Assembly (NCBI GenBank): GCA_016763475.1
Contig: JAESTV010000085.1
Coordinates: 1 to 51,410, forward strand
DNA: 51,410 nucleotides
Origin: Roseicyclus sp.
Lineage (GTDB): Bacteria > Pseudomonadota > Alphaproteobacteria > Rhodobacterales > Rhodobacteraceae
Direction of reading: 5' to 3'
Under the pieces are notes generated by a model that worked only from the letters and a program-made list of their open reading frames with translations, was not told the origin of the DNA and did not search any database. Both the position numbers and the translations under genes were made by a program. Numbering within the stretch: the stretch's first letter is position 1; the number at the start of each line of letters is the position of its first letter. Positions 37,768 to 48,002 of this stretch are shown here, one piece after another.

Positions 37768-37799
37768 GGCCCCTCGCCCAATTGGCGGGGGGCCTTTTT
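37768..37799 (+). terminator. Intrinsic terminator
   Basis: GGCCCCTCGCC-CAATT-GGCGGGGGGCC followed by TTTTT. Confidence 0.75.
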
Positions 37800-37828
37800 C
37801 GTGGCGACACCAAATTTCATGAGGGCAC

Positions 37829-37853
37829 AAAAAAGCGCCCCCGAAGGGGCGCT
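37829..37853 (-). terminator. Intrinsic terminator of the infB operon
   Basis: Minus strand AGCGCCCC-TTCG-GGGGCGCT followed by TTTTT. Confidence 0.85.
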
Positions 37854-37879
37854 CTTTCCAAATCAAATTGAGCATTGAA

Positions 37880-40375
37880 TCAAGTGAGCGAACGCTCAAC
37901 CTCTTCCCGCTCAAATATCTCGATAACGTCATTGGGACGGATATCATCGTAGTTCTCAAAGGCCATGCCACATTCTTGGCCGGACTGAACCTCTTTCACT
38001 TCATCCTTGAAGCGTTTGAGCGTCTTCAGGGTACCTTCGTGAATGACCACATCCTCGCGCAGCAAGCGCACACCGGCGGACCGGCGCGCCACACCTTCGG
38101 TGACGAGACAACCAGCAACGGTACCAACACCCGAGACCTTGAAGACCTCTTTGATGTTTGCGTAGCCGATGAAGTTTTCGCGGATCTCTGCGCCCAGAAG
38201 GCCAGAGGCCGCGGCCTTCACGTCGTCGACAAGATCGTAGATCACCGAGTAGTAGCGGATCTCCACACCTTTTTGGTTCGCCGCCTTACGTGCAGGGGCG
38301 TTGGCGCGGACGTTAAAGCCAATGACCGGCGTACCGGAGGCTTCGGCCAGGCCGATATCCGATTCCGTGATCGCACCCACACCGTAATGCAGGACCCGCA
38401 CCCGGACCTCGTCATTGCCGATCTTCTCAAGCGCTTGCACAATCGCCTCAGCAGAACCCTGCACATCCGCTTTCATCACAACCTGAAGTTCCGTGACACT
38501 TTCATCGGCTTTGGCATTTGCCAGAAGCTGATCAAGGGTTGTCGCGGCACCGGCAGCGGCGCGTTTGTCCTTGGCGGCGTTGGCGCGGTATTCGGCAATC
38601 TCACGGGCCTGCGCTTCGGTTGCAACCACGTTCAGGACGTCACCAGCTTCAGGTGTGCCGTTGAGGCCAAGAACCTCAACCGGGACCGAGGGGCCGGCTT
38701 CTTCCACACGATCACCCTGATCGTTGATCAGAGCGCGGACTTTGCCCCATTGTTCACCCACAACGAAGATATCACCTCGGCGCAACGTGCCTTTTTCCAC
38801 CAGAACGGTGGCGACAGGGCCGCGGCCCACATCCAGCTGCGCCTCAATCACCGCACCTTGAGCGGCGCGTTTCGGGTTGGCTTTCAGCTCCAGCAGTTCC
38901 GACTGAAGCGCGATGGCTTCAAGCAGTTCAGGCAGGCCCTCGCCAGTCACGGCTGAAACCTCGACATCCTGCACATCACCGGACAGCGCTTCCACAATCA
39001 CTTCATGCTGCAACAGATCTGTGCGGACCTTTTGCGGATCTGCGGCCGGGCGGTCGATCTTGTTGATCGCCACAATCATCGGCACGTTTGCCGCTTTTGC
39101 GTGGTGGATCGCCTCAACCGTCTGCGGCATGACCGCGTCGTCCGCTGCCACAACCAGAACCACAATGTCCGTCACCTGCGCGCCACGGGCCCGCATGGAG
39201 GTGAACGCGGCGTGGCCGGGTGTATCGAGGAAGCAAAGCACTGCGCCCGAATCCGTCGTCACCTGATAGGCGCCGATATGTTGCGTGATGCCGCCCGCTT
39301 CGCCAGAGACCACGTTGGCCTGACGGATACGGTCCAGAAGCGAGGTTTTGCCGTGGTCAACGTGACCCATGATCGTGATGACCGGGGGACGCGTGATCAT
39401 GTCACCATCGTCGTCTTCAACAGCGTCGATGACCTGTTCCACATCCGAATCAGACACACGCTGAATGCGGTGGCCAAATTCCTGGATGATCAGTTCAGCG
39501 GTATCAGCGTCAATTGGCTGGTTCTGCGTGATCATCATGCCGTTGTTCATCAACGCCTTCACAACGTCTGCAACACGCTCGGACATCCGGTTGGCCAGTT
39601 CCGAGACGATGATCGTCTCAGGCACTTTGACGTCACGCATGACCTTTTCGCGGTCCATAGGGGCGCCCATCGCCTTTTGGCGCTGGCGTTCCTGCTTCCG
39701 CTTCATTGCCGCCATCGAGCGTTGCCGGCCGCCTTCGCCGCCAGTCATCGCCTGGTTCACGGTCAGCTTGCCGGAACGGCGCGCGCCGGCATCGTTGCCG
39801 CGGTTGCGATTCTCGCGCTTGTTGTCACGCTCAGGCTCACGACGGGCGGGGGCAGCTTTGCCACCACCACGCGGGCCGGTGGGCCCGGCTTCGGCGGCAC
39901 CAGCCGCATCCGCCACATCAGCAGCCGCAGCAGCGGCGGGTGGCGCGTTGCGGCGGGCTTCTTCCTCAGCCTTGCGGCGCACGTCTTCTTCGGCTTTCGC
40001 CTTCAACGCTTCGACGCGCTCACGTTCTTCACGCTCTTTGGTTTCGGCGTCAGCGCGGCGGCGGTTGCGTTCTACTTCACGCTCCTGCTCAGCCCGAACA
40101 CGTTCTTCCGCTTCCGAGGCTTCGCGCGCTTTGGCGTTTTGCAACGCTTTCAGGCGACGATCCATCTCAGCGTCGGGAACCGACCTGCTGCGTTTGCCGC
40201 CTTCGGCGTTCTGCATAGCGGCAGAGGGCGCACCGGGTTTGGGCACCATCACACGCTTGCGCTTGGTCTCAACCACCACAGATTTGGTGCGCCCGCGTGA
40301 GAAGCTTTGGTTCACGCGGCCTGACCGTGCCCCGCCAGATAGGCCAAGGGGTTTTTTTCCGTCCTGATCGCTCAT
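37880..40375 (-). CDS. infB: Translation initiation factor IF-2
   Basis: Start MSDQDGKK at 40375; [23 protein letters not shown] and NKID. Confidence 0.97.
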   Translation of the reverse strand: MSDQDGKKPLGLSGGARSGRVNQSFSRGRTKSVVVETKRKRVMVPKPGAPSAAMQNAEGGKRSRSVPDAEMDRRLKALQNAKAREASEAEERVRAEQEREVERNRRRADAETKEREERERVEALKAKAEEDVRRKAEEEARRNAPPAAAAAADVADAAGAAEAGPTGPRGGGKAAPARREPERDNKRENRNRGNDAGARRSGKLTVNQAMTGGEGGRQRSMAAMKRKQERQRQKAMGAPMDREKVMRDVKVPETIIVSELANRMSERVADVVKALMNNGMMITQNQPIDADTAELIIQEFGHRIQRVSDSDVEQVIDAVEDDDGDMITRPPVITIMGHVDHGKTSLLDRIRQANVVSGEAGGITQHIGAYQVTTDSGAVLCFLDTPGHAAFTSMRARGAQVTDIVVLVVAADDAVMPQTVEAIHHAKAANVPMIVAINKIDRPAADPQKVRTDLLQHEVIVEALSGDVQDVEVSAVTGEGLPELLEAIALQSELLELKANPKRAAQGAVIEAQLDVGRGPVATVLVEKGTLRRGDIFVVGEQWGKVRALINDQGDRVEEAGPSVPVEVLGLNGTPEAGDVLNVVATEAQAREIAEYRANAAKDKRAAAGAATTLDQLLANAKADESVTELQVVMKADVQGSAEAIVQALEKIGNDEVRVRVLHYGVGAITESDIGLAEASGTPVIGFNVRANAPARKAANQKGVEIRYYSVIYDLVDDVKAAASGLLGAEIRENFIGYANIKEVFKVSGVGTVAGCLVTEGVARRSAGVRLLREDVVIHEGTLKTLKRFKDEVKEVQSGQECGMAFENYDDIRPNDVIEIFEREEVERSLT

Positions 40376-41004
40376 GCGTTCCGTCTGTCCTTCCCGGTGG
40401 TCTGGCCACCGTCTGCTACACGCAGTCCCTGGAGTTTCGCGGCCCCCTCTACAACACGGGGGGCGAGTCCACCAGCGGCAAGCGCGCCATGTATCACACT
40501 TTGGCGTCCGAATGCCAAACCCAATTCCTGGGCAGTCAGAATACCAAAATACCTGGCCCCTTCCGGGGTCCATAGTTTCGATTTTCCCCGCTCAGACCCA
40601 TCACTGGCCTGAAGCAGAACGCCGACGTTTTCATTCGCCAGCCAATCCTTCACCTTCTCGAAGCCCGCAACCGCGTGGCCGCCTTTACGGCTTAGCGCGA
40701 TCAGGTCTGTCACACGGCGCGTCAACGCCACTTCAACCCGCTCCACAAGGTCCTCGGGCACTGTGACCGGCTGCTTGGCCGCACGGGAGAAGAGATTCTT
40801 CTTCACTGCCAGCTCAAGCGCTGCCTTATCGGCACTGACCCACATACCACGACCGGGCAGACGTTCCACCACATCAGCCACAACGTGCCCATCAGGCGCG
40901 ACCACAAAACGGATAAGGCCGTACTTTGGCGCGACCTCACCGGTGGCGATGCACTTCCGCTCGGGACCGTCACTTCGGTCCTTATTTTGGCCACCACGAG
41001 ACAT
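40372..41004 (-). CDS. YlxR/DUF448 RNA-binding protein fused to an L7Ae-like domain
   Basis: [14 protein letters not shown] and LPGRGMWV; conserved position between nusA and infB. Start at 41004. Confidence 0.9.
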   Translation of the reverse strand: MSRGGQNKDRSDGPERKCIATGEVAPKYGLIRFVVAPDGHVVADVVERLPGRGMWVSADKAALELAVKKNLFSRAAKQPVTVPEDLVERVEVALTRRVTDLIALSRKGGHAVAGFEKVKDWLANENVGVLLQASDGSERGKSKLWTPEGARYFGILTAQELGLAFGRQSVIHGALAAGGLAPRVVEGAAKLQGLRVADGGQTTGKDRRNA

Positions 41005-41026
41005 TCGCGGATCCGGGCCGAGGGCC

Positions 41027-42808
41027 TTAGCCCTCCGCCCCCTCCTCAATAGCTGCGGCGTTTGCCTGGGATTCGGCGGCGGCTCGCGCCTCCAGCTCCT
41101 CAATTGTCACCCAGCCAAGCTGCAGGCGTGCGGTCATCACCATATTCTGTGCTTCCTCAAGGGACACATCGAAGGGTTCCAGAAGTCCGTCGTCCTTGAC
41201 GCGCTCCCCGCCTTCGGTGGTCCAGCCACCAGCCAGTTCCCAATCCGCGCAGGTCGCAAAGTCATCCAGCGTCTTCACGCCGTCTTCGCCAAGGGCCACC
41301 AGCATTTGGGGAGTCAGGCCATCAAATTCAATGAGGCTGTCTTCAACACCCATCTCTTTCGCCTTCTCCAGCGCTTTCTTGTTCTGCTCTTCCAGATAAT
41401 CACGGGCGCGGGCCTGAAGCTCGGTTGCGGTATCTGCGTCAACCCCGTCGATGCCGGTTAACTCGTCCGCCTCGACGTAAGCCACTTCTTCCAGCGCCGT
41501 GAAGCCTTCAGCCACCAGAAGCTGTGCGAAGAACTCATCAAGATCAAGCGCTTCCATGAACAGCCCGGTGCGCTCTTCAAACTCAGCCTGACGGCGTTTG
41601 GATTCCTCTTCTTCGGTGAGGATGTCGATATCAAGCCCGGTCAACTGGCTCGCAAGCCGCACGTTCTGACCGCGACGGCCAATCGCAAGGCTCAACTGCT
41701 CATCAGGAACAACAACTTCGATCTTTCCAGCGTCTTCGTCCAGAACCACCTTCGAGACTTCGGCGGGCTGAAGCGCGTTCACCAGGAAGGTCGGCGCGTC
41801 GTCATTCCAGGGGATGATGTCGATCTTCTCACCCTGCAACTCGTTCACAACAGCCTGCACACGGGACCCACGCATACCGACACAGGCACCAACCGGGTCG
41901 ATGCCGTTGTCGTAAGAGATCACGGCAATCTTGGCGCGAGACCCCGGATCACGGGCAACAGCCTTGATCTCGATGATGCCGTCATAGATCTCGGGCACTT
42001 CCATCTTGAACAGCTCACGCATGAATTCCGGTGCGGTACGCGACAGGAAGATCTGATGGCCACGATTCTCCCGGCGCACATCTTTGATGTAACACCGGAT
42101 ACGGTCGCCATTGCGATAGGCTTCGCGGCCAATCTTCTCGTTGCGGCGCAACTGCGCTTCACCTGAGCCGACGTCAACGATGACGTTGCCGTATTCCTCA
42201 CGTTTGACAACGCCGTTGATGATCTCGCCAACGCGGTCCTTGAATTCCTCGTACTGGCGATCCCGCTCAGCTTCGCGGACTTTCTGCAAGATAACCTGCT
42301 TGGCCGATTGCGCGGCGATCCGGCCCATTTCCACCGGCGGCACTTCATCCGCAATCAGATCACCGATCACGGGATCAGTTGCCTGATCAACACCTTCGAT
42401 CAGCATCCGGTCCAATTCCGAGGGGGCGCGCATCACAAAACGGCGCACATCAACGGTGCCGGTCTGCTCACCTTCTTCGTCGTAGACGGGGGATTTGGCG
42501 TTGAAGACAACCACGTTGGGGCGGTCAGCCTTGACCAGGGCCACGGCTTCATTCGGCTCCATCTCGGCCTTGTCGTTTTCGATGGCCTCAGGATCGGTCA
42601 CGGTGCGCACACGTGTAAACGTGGCGCGGCCGGTTTTCCGGTCGATGGCGACGCGGATATCCACCTCGGACCCGTAGCGGGACTTCGCAGCGCGAGCCAG
42701 CGACTCTTCCATCGCTTCGACGACCAGATTCGGGTCGATCATCTTTTCGCGGGCAACAGCCTCTGCGGTTTGCAGCAGCTCCAGCTGGTTGGCTGACGTA
42801 ATGGCCAT
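41027..42808 (-). CDS. nusA: Transcription termination/antitermination factor NusA
   Basis: GRIAAQSAKQVI, ARDPGSRAKI, GACVGMRGSRV and AIGRRGQNVRLA. Confidence 0.97.
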   Translation of the reverse strand: MAITSANQLELLQTAEAVAREKMIDPNLVVEAMEESLARAAKSRYGSEVDIRVAIDRKTGRATFTRVRTVTDPEAIENDKAEMEPNEAVALVKADRPNVVVFNAKSPVYDEEGEQTGTVDVRRFVMRAPSELDRMLIEGVDQATDPVIGDLIADEVPPVEMGRIAAQSAKQVILQKVREAERDRQYEEFKDRVGEIINGVVKREEYGNVIVDVGSGEAQLRRNEKIGREAYRNGDRIRCYIKDVRRENRGHQIFLSRTAPEFMRELFKMEVPEIYDGIIEIKAVARDPGSRAKIAVISYDNGIDPVGACVGMRGSRVQAVVNELQGEKIDIIPWNDDAPTFLVNALQPAEVSKVVLDEDAGKIEVVVPDEQLSLAIGRRGQNVRLASQLTGLDIDILTEEEESKRRQAEFEERTGLFMEALDLDEFFAQLLVAEGFTALEEVAYVEADELTGIDGVDADTATELQARARDYLEEQNKKALEKAKEMGVEDSLIEFDGLTPQMLVALGEDGVKTLDDFATCADWELAGGWTTEGGERVKDDGLLEPFDVSLEEAQNMVMTARLQLGWVTIEELEARAAAESQANAAAIEEGAEG

Positions 42809-42811
42809 GTC

Positions 42812-43411
42812 TTACTCCTCCGCCCCAGGGGCAATTTCACTGGGGTCTTCTTCAATGTCGTCGAATTTGGTCTCGTCGATGATGGTGCCGGCATCTTTGC
42901 GTTGCTTCAGCATCTCTTTGATCAGATCTTCGGTCAGGACCAGCTTCGCATCGCTCAGCCACTCGAAGTTCAGGCCGACGGTCAGCGTTTCGCCACCTTC
43001 TTCAAGGTTGATCAGAACCTCTTCACCCTCAACCCCTGCCAGCACACCCTTGAAGCGACGGCGGCCGTCGAACAATTCGGTTGTCTCAATCTTGACTTCA
43101 TAACCCTCAAAGGTCGCAAAATCTTTGAGGCGTGTCAGTGGGCGGTCGATGCCGGGGCTGGAAACTTCCAGCGCGTAGGCCTCTTCCAACGGGTCTTCCA
43201 CGTCCAACAGCACAGAGATCGCGTTCGAGATCTGGGCGCATTCATCCACTTCGATCCCGCCTTCGGGACGTTCCGCCATCACTTGCAGGGTGTTGCTTTT
43301 GCCACCCATGACCCGGATGCGCACAACTTCAAACCCGAGGTTCTCGATCGCGGGGATCAGAATCTCGGCCATGTGGCGGTCCATCGTTGTTTTGGCGATC
43401 AGATCAGACAT
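42812..43411 (-). CDS. rimP: Ribosome maturation factor RimP
   Basis: [19 protein letters not shown] and GRRRFKG. Start MSDLIAK at 43411. Confidence 0.95.
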   Translation of the reverse strand: MSDLIAKTTMDRHMAEILIPAIENLGFEVVRIRVMGGKSNTLQVMAERPEGGIEVDECAQISNAISVLLDVEDPLEEAYALEVSSPGIDRPLTRLKDFATFEGYEVKIETTELFDGRRRFKGVLAGVEGEEVLINLEEGGETLTVGLNFEWLSDAKLVLTEDLIKEMLKQRKDAGTIIDETKFDDIEEDPSEIAPGAEE

Positions 43412-43451
43412 AACTCTCAGGCGCGTAAGGTTGGGTGCGCGACCCCCAGAA

Positions 43452-43478
43452 ACGAAAAAGCGGGCCGTGCGGCCCGCT
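43452..43478 (-). promoter_or_regulatory. Premature terminator (attenuator) in the rimP leader
   Basis: Minus strand AGCGGGCC-GCAC-GGCCCGCT-TTTT, about 40 nt before the rimP start. A leader terminator is a known feature of rimP-nusA-infB operons. Confidence 0.65.
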
Positions 43479-43585
43479 GTAAGTGTCGGTGGTGCCAGTG
43501 TGTCCGGCGCCGCTGTTGAGGGGGATATAGGGGAGATCAGGAGGCGACGCAAGGCCGCCTCCAAACCATGGCAATGAATCTCCGA

Positions 43586-43963
43586 TTAGCCGCAGAACAC
43601 GCGCGCAATCGTGCGTTGGTAATCATACAAAACGGTCAGTTGCGTGGGGTCGTATACGATGCCACCGGTGCTGTTGGGCCCCCGCACGAAAGTGCCGGGC
43701 GGAAGGGGAACCGCGTCAACGGAATAGCCCACCAGAACTTGCATGTAGCTTGCGCCGCAAGCGTCGGCTTGGACCGGCATGGGAATCGGCTGACCGCCGT
43801 TGATTGGCGACGGCAGATAGCCGGGGTTGATGATTGCGCCAATGCTGGGTGCGCCGCCAACTCCGGGACCGTAATTGATGATGGGAATACCCTGGGCAGA
43901 CGCCAAAGCCGGGGTGAGGGTCAGAACAAGTGCGGCAAAAACTGCCTTGGTTGTGAGGGTCAT
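43586..43963 (-). CDS. Secreted I78-family peptidase inhibitor-like protein, divergent
   Basis: Signal peptide, a Pro/Gly/Ile-rich linker, DACGA...LVG and terminal RVFCG. Confidence 0.7.
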   Translation of the reverse strand: MTLTTKAVFAALVLTLTPALASAQGIPIINYGPGVGGAPSIGAIINPGYLPSPINGGQPIPMPVQADACGASYMQVLVGYSVDAVPLPPGTFVRGPNSTGGIVYDPTQLTVLYDYQRTIARVFCG

Positions 43964-44055
43964 TGGAAAAACTCCGATAATGAAAAAGAATCAAATATGG
44001 GAGTGTGATGGCCGTTGCCCCGCTGAAATACTACTCACGACAGCGTAGGGTAAGG

Positions 44056-44328
44056 TTATCCGCACCAGATGCGTGTGATGTGACCCGCCTCGTCCAGATC
44101 GAAGTTGATCCGGTTCAAACGATAGTCACGGGTCACGGCAGATCCCGGCGCAATCACCCGCTTGGGGTGGTCCAGCGCCAGCATCACGGCAATCTCCCCT
44201 GACTGCCCAACCAGCCCCTGCAATCCGCGTGCTCCACAGGTGTCGTTCACACCCGCGTTATCTGCCGTTTGTGCCATGGCCACCACGGGTAACATCATCA
44301 ACAGCGCGATCAAGGCGGGCCGGGTCAT
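44056..44328 (-). CDS. I78-family peptidase inhibitor
   Basis: DTCGA...LVGQ, RVIAPGSAVTRDYRLNRINF and RIWCG. Start at 44328 with a GGAGG RBS. Confidence 0.85.
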   Translation of the reverse strand: MTRPALIALLMMLPVVAMAQTADNAGVNDTCGARGLQGLVGQSGEIAVMLALDHPKRVIAPGSAVTRDYRLNRINFDLDEAGHITRIWCG

Positions 44329-44400
44329 GGTATCCTCCGTTGCTTTGCAACTCAGATTGTCACAATCTTCGAGCAAAGCAAGTCTGTGGGAGAACACAAA

Positions 44401-45513
44401 ATGCGCACTCGTGCCGCCGTAGCTATGGAAGCCGGCAAACCATTACAGGTCATGGACGTGAACCTTGACGGCCCGCGGGCTGGGGAGGTTTTGGTTGAAA
44501 TCAAAGCCACCGGCATCTGCCATACCGATCAATTTACCCTCTCAGGTGCGGATCCTGAAGGGCTTTTCCCAGCGATTCTTGGCCATGAAGGCGCGGGGGT
44601 TGTGTTGGAGATTGGCCCCGGCGTGACCTCCCTCAAGCCCGGTGACCACGTGATCCCGCTATACACGGCTGAATGTCGGGAATGCGAATACTGCCTGAAC
44701 CCGAAGACAAATCTCTGCCAGAAAGTCCGCGCAACCCAGGGGCAGGGCCTGATGCCCGACGGCACCAGCCGATTCTCCATGCTCGATGGCACGCCGATCC
44801 TGCATTACATGGGCTGTTCAACCTTCGCGAACCACACGGTTCTGCCTGAAGTTTCGCTGGCAAAGGTCCGCAAAGACGCGCCGTTTGACAAGATCTGTTA
44901 CATCGGTTGCGGCGTCACAACTGGTATCGGTGCGGTCATCTATACGGCCAAGGTCGAAATCGGCAGCCGCGCCATTGTCTTTGGCCTCGGCGGCATTGGC
45001 CTGAACGTCGTTCAGGGCCTGCGCCTTGCGGGTGCGGACCAGATCGTCGGCGTAGACCTGAACCCCGGCAGACTCGAAATGGCGACGCGTTTCGGCATGA
45101 CCGATTTCGTGAATCCATCCGAGGTTGAGGGCGATCTGGTCGCCCACCTTGTCGATCTTACCGGCGGCGGCGCGGACTACACGTTTGATGCCACCGGCAA
45201 TGTAGACGTCATGCGCACAGCCCTGGAGGCGTCACACAAGGGCTGGGGTGAATCGATCATCATCGGCGTGGCCCCCGCAGGCGCAGAAATCTCGACTCGA
45301 CCCTTCCAGCTTGTGACAGGGCGCAGCTGGCGCGGCACCGCTTTTGGTGGCGCTCGTGGCCGCACAGATGTGCCGCAAATTGTGGATTGGTACATGGACG
45401 GCAAGATTGAGATCGACCCGATGATCACCCACACCCTGACCCTCGACAATATCAATGAAGGCTTCGATCTGATGCATCGCGGTGAATCGATCCGGGCAGT
45501 TGTTGTTTATTAA
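44401..45513 (+). CDS. frmA: S-(hydroxymethyl)glutathione dehydrogenase (class III alcohol dehydrogenase)
   Basis: GICHTD, LGHEGAG, CRECEYC..KTNLC, GLGGIG and RPFQLVTGR.W.GTAFGG. Confidence 0.96.
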   Translation: MRTRAAVAMEAGKPLQVMDVNLDGPRAGEVLVEIKATGICHTDQFTLSGADPEGLFPAILGHEGAGVVLEIGPGVTSLKPGDHVIPLYTAECRECEYCLNPKTNLCQKVRATQGQGLMPDGTSRFSMLDGTPILHYMGCSTFANHTVLPEVSLAKVRKDAPFDKICYIGCGVTTGIGAVIYTAKVEIGSRAIVFGLGGIGLNVVQGLRLAGADQIVGVDLNPGRLEMATRFGMTDFVNPSEVEGDLVAHLVDLTGGGADYTFDATGNVDVMRTALEASHKGWGESIIIGVAPAGAEISTRPFQLVTGRSWRGTAFGGARGRTDVPQIVDWYMDGKIEIDPMITHTLTLDNINEGFDLMHRGESIRAVVVY

Positions 45514-45559
45514 CCCCTCCCCCATTTCCCAAAGAGACTTTACGAAAAGGACCCCTTCA

Positions 45560-45982
45560 ATGAAACCTACCCAAATTCTGACTGCAGCGGCCTTATCACT
45601 CGCCGCTACCGGTGCCGCCCAAGCCGAAGGCTGGACCGTGACCGACTTTTCCTCGATCGCAGATCTGGAAACCTGCATGAATTATGCAGAAACCACGTTT
45701 AACACCTACCGCACCCGCTTTGGCAGTGACGGGTTTACCGGCCGGTCGAACTGGACCGTTGGAGGGTATGACCTGCGCGGCGAAGTGGTGGATGGCTTGT
45801 TCATCTGCGCTGACGAAGCCGGCCTGATTGCTCCGTTTCTGGTGGTCTACAATTACGACGACGACAGCGACGCGCGCGAAACCATTGCGGATCGTCTCGG
45901 CGATATCTGGGATGAGGTTGTCGCAGGCAACGGCGTGCCCGGTGGCGCAGCTCCGGCCCCGGCTGGCGGCGGCAAGCCCTGA
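45560..45982 (+). CDS. Hypothetical secreted protein
   Basis: AAGGA RBS; signal peptide MKPTQILTAAALSLAATGAAQA; two Cys; acidic; followed by a terminator. Confidence 0.7.
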   Translation: MKPTQILTAAALSLAATGAAQAEGWTVTDFSSIADLETCMNYAETTFNTYRTRFGSDGFTGRSNWTVGGYDLRGEVVDGLFICADEAGLIAPFLVVYNYDDDSDARETIADRLGDIWDEVVAGNGVPGGAAPAPAGGGKP

Positions 45983-45999
45983 TCTTCTGACAACAACCG

Positions 46000-46031
46000 G
46001 GCCGTCCTTAATAGGGCGGCCCCCATTTTTT
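46000..46031 (+). terminator. Intrinsic terminator
   Basis: GGCCGTCCT-TAAT-AGGGCGGCC followed by CCATTTTTT. Confidence 0.7.
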
Positions 46032-46042
46032 GCGCCGCCCAT

Positions 46043-46300
46043 TCCGTTGCGGACGAAGACACCGGTCGATACGCCGTAGAGATCGGCCTCGACGAAGACC
46101 TGACCATTTGGTTTGCGAACCAGACTCTGGAACACATCGGAGAGGAAATCAGCATTTCCGTATGTGGGATCATCCGCAGCCAATCCATTGTGCAGGCGCA
46201 GGTCACAAACGACCGGTTGATCTTGCCAGATTTGTTTGATGGAGCAGGTGACGCATTTGCCCTGGTATCCCAGATCTCAGAGCGGCGGCCCTGCGACTAA
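46043..46300 (+). pseudogene. 5'-truncated remnant resembling a stand-alone SecDF P1-head domain protein
   Basis: Manual translation gives SVADEDTGRYAVEIGLDEDLTIWFANQTLEHIGEEISISVCGIIRSQSIVQAQVTNDRLILPDLFDGAGDAFALVSQISERRPCD*. No ATG/GTG/TTG lies between the upstream in-frame stop and the beginning of the domain. Confidence 0.45.
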
Positions 46301-46501
46301 CGCCATTTGCATGTCTTGACCCGTGGGGAAGGGGAAATTATCCACCCCATTTCACCCCCCTCTTCACACGCCAATTCCATCATGCGGGCGTTTGACAGCA
46401 ACTGCGTGGCACAGATAATCGGCCAGACGCTTTGGCCCGCGCAGCACGGCCTGTTCCCATTCGCGGTCCCATGTGTCACGCATTAAAAAAAAGGACATGC
46501 C

Positions 46502-47215
46502 ATGGCCAACGACACACCACTCCTTGCGGTTCTGATTGACGCCGACAACACCAGCCACAAACACGCTCAGGCGATCTTCGAAGAGATTGCAGGTTTTGGC
46601 GAGGCCTCGGTGCGGCGCATCTATGGGGATTTCAGCTCCTCCCATATGAAAGGCTGGTCCAGTGTGCAGGCGGAACACGGCATTGTGCCGTTCCACCAAC
46701 CCGCCAATACCGTGGGCAAAAACGCCTCCGACATTGCTCTGGTGATTGACGCGATGGATATCCTGCACACAAACCGGTTTGATGGCTTTGTGCTGGTGTC
46801 ATCCGACAGCGATTTCACCCGGCTGGCCAGCCGCATCCGGGAACAGGGCCTTGACGTTTACGGCATCGGCCAGAAGAAAACCCCGGAAGCCTTCCGCAAG
46901 GCCTGTAAGCGTTTCATATTCATCGAGAACATCCTGCCGGAGCAGCCCAAAGACACGCCCAAATCCGAAGCCAAACCAACGGCCCAGCCCCTCAACGAAG
47001 CGCGCGACCTGATTTTCCGCGCCATGGAAGGGATCGACCAGGAGGATGAATGGTACGCACTGGGGCCACTTGGCCAGTACATGACAGCCGCCAACCCGGA
47101 TTTCGACACCCGCACCTATGGCAAACGCAAACTCAGCGATTTGGTCGAAAGCCTGAAAATGCTTGAGGTCAAACGTGGTCAGGGCAACCAGTTGCTGGTG
47201 CGGCGACTGGATTAA
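46502..47215 (+). CDS. NYN (PIN-like) domain protein with C-terminal OST-HTH/LOTUS domain
   Basis: LIDADN, GKNASDIALVIDAMD and VSSDSDFTRLA; C-terminal PDFDTRTYGKRKLSDL. Confidence 0.9.
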   Translation: MANDTPLLAVLIDADNTSHKHAQAIFEEIAGFGEASVRRIYGDFSSSHMKGWSSVQAEHGIVPFHQPANTVGKNASDIALVIDAMDILHTNRFDGFVLVSSDSDFTRLASRIREQGLDVYGIGQKKTPEAFRKACKRFIFIENILPEQPKDTPKSEAKPTAQPLNEARDLIFRAMEGIDQEDEWYALGPLGQYMTAANPDFDTRTYGKRKLSDLVESLKMLEVKRGQGNQLLVRRLD

Positions 47216-47228
47216 CCGCCTAGGCTTA

Positions 47229-47897
47229 CTACCCGGACTGACCGGCTGCCCGCGCGACCCGGCGGTAACGCGCAAGAAACGTCTTCACCGCCTCATCCAC
47301 GATCCGGTCAATTTCGGCCTCGGACGGGTTGGTTTGGACCCCAAACAAGACCTTTAACAACAGGTCGGAGCGGCACAACTGCGCCAGCTGGTCCGCGGCC
47401 AAATACGCATCATCAATATCCAGGACCGCCTGCGCTTTGTCGCTCCGCAAAAAATCCGCGATTTTTTCGGCCAAATTCTTCGGCCCGCTTTCATAGAAGC
47501 TCTGCCCAAGCTCGGGGAAGCGCGTCGCTTCGGCCACACAGACGCGAAACACCTCTTGCCCGAAGTCACTGAGGAAGAAGGTGATCAGGTTCTTGCAAAT
47601 CACACATAACTTTTCTTCGACACTCAATCCCGGCTGCTGGAACAGGACGTCCACTTCAGACTGCGCCACACATTCCTGTTTCAGGACTTCCATAAACAGG
47701 TGCTGCTTGTCAGGAAAGTAACTGTAAAGCGTGGCTTTCGACACGCCCGCATCCCGCGCGATCTCATCAACAGACGCACCTTCAAAGCCTTCACGCATGA
47801 AGACCGCACGCGCACCGGCGATGACCTGGTCGTATTTACGACCCTTCTTGATCTGAGTTTCCGCGTTCATTTTGGGATATGCCGCCTCTCCTGACAC
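47229..47897 (-). CDS. TetR/AcrR-family transcriptional regulator
   Basis: GFEGASVDEIARDAGVSKATLYSYFPDK. The true start may be the ATG at 47870. Confidence 0.92.
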   Translation of the reverse strand: MSGEAAYPKMNAETQIKKGRKYDQVIAGARAVFMREGFEGASVDEIARDAGVSKATLYSYFPDKQHLFMEVLKQECVAQSEVDVLFQQPGLSVEEKLCVICKNLITFFLSDFGQEVFRVCVAEATRFPELGQSFYESGPKNLAEKIADFLRSDKAQAVLDIDDAYLAADQLAQLCRSDLLLKVLFGVQTNPSEAEIDRIVDEAVKTFLARYRRVARAAGQSG

Positions 47898-48002
47898 CTA
47901 TTGTAAACTACTTAGTTTAGTTCCAGCAAGTTAGACGTTTGGTCAGGTGCAGGATGCTGCCTCTGGCTGGACAGCGCCACACACTTGGCGTAGCGCGGGA
48001 TC

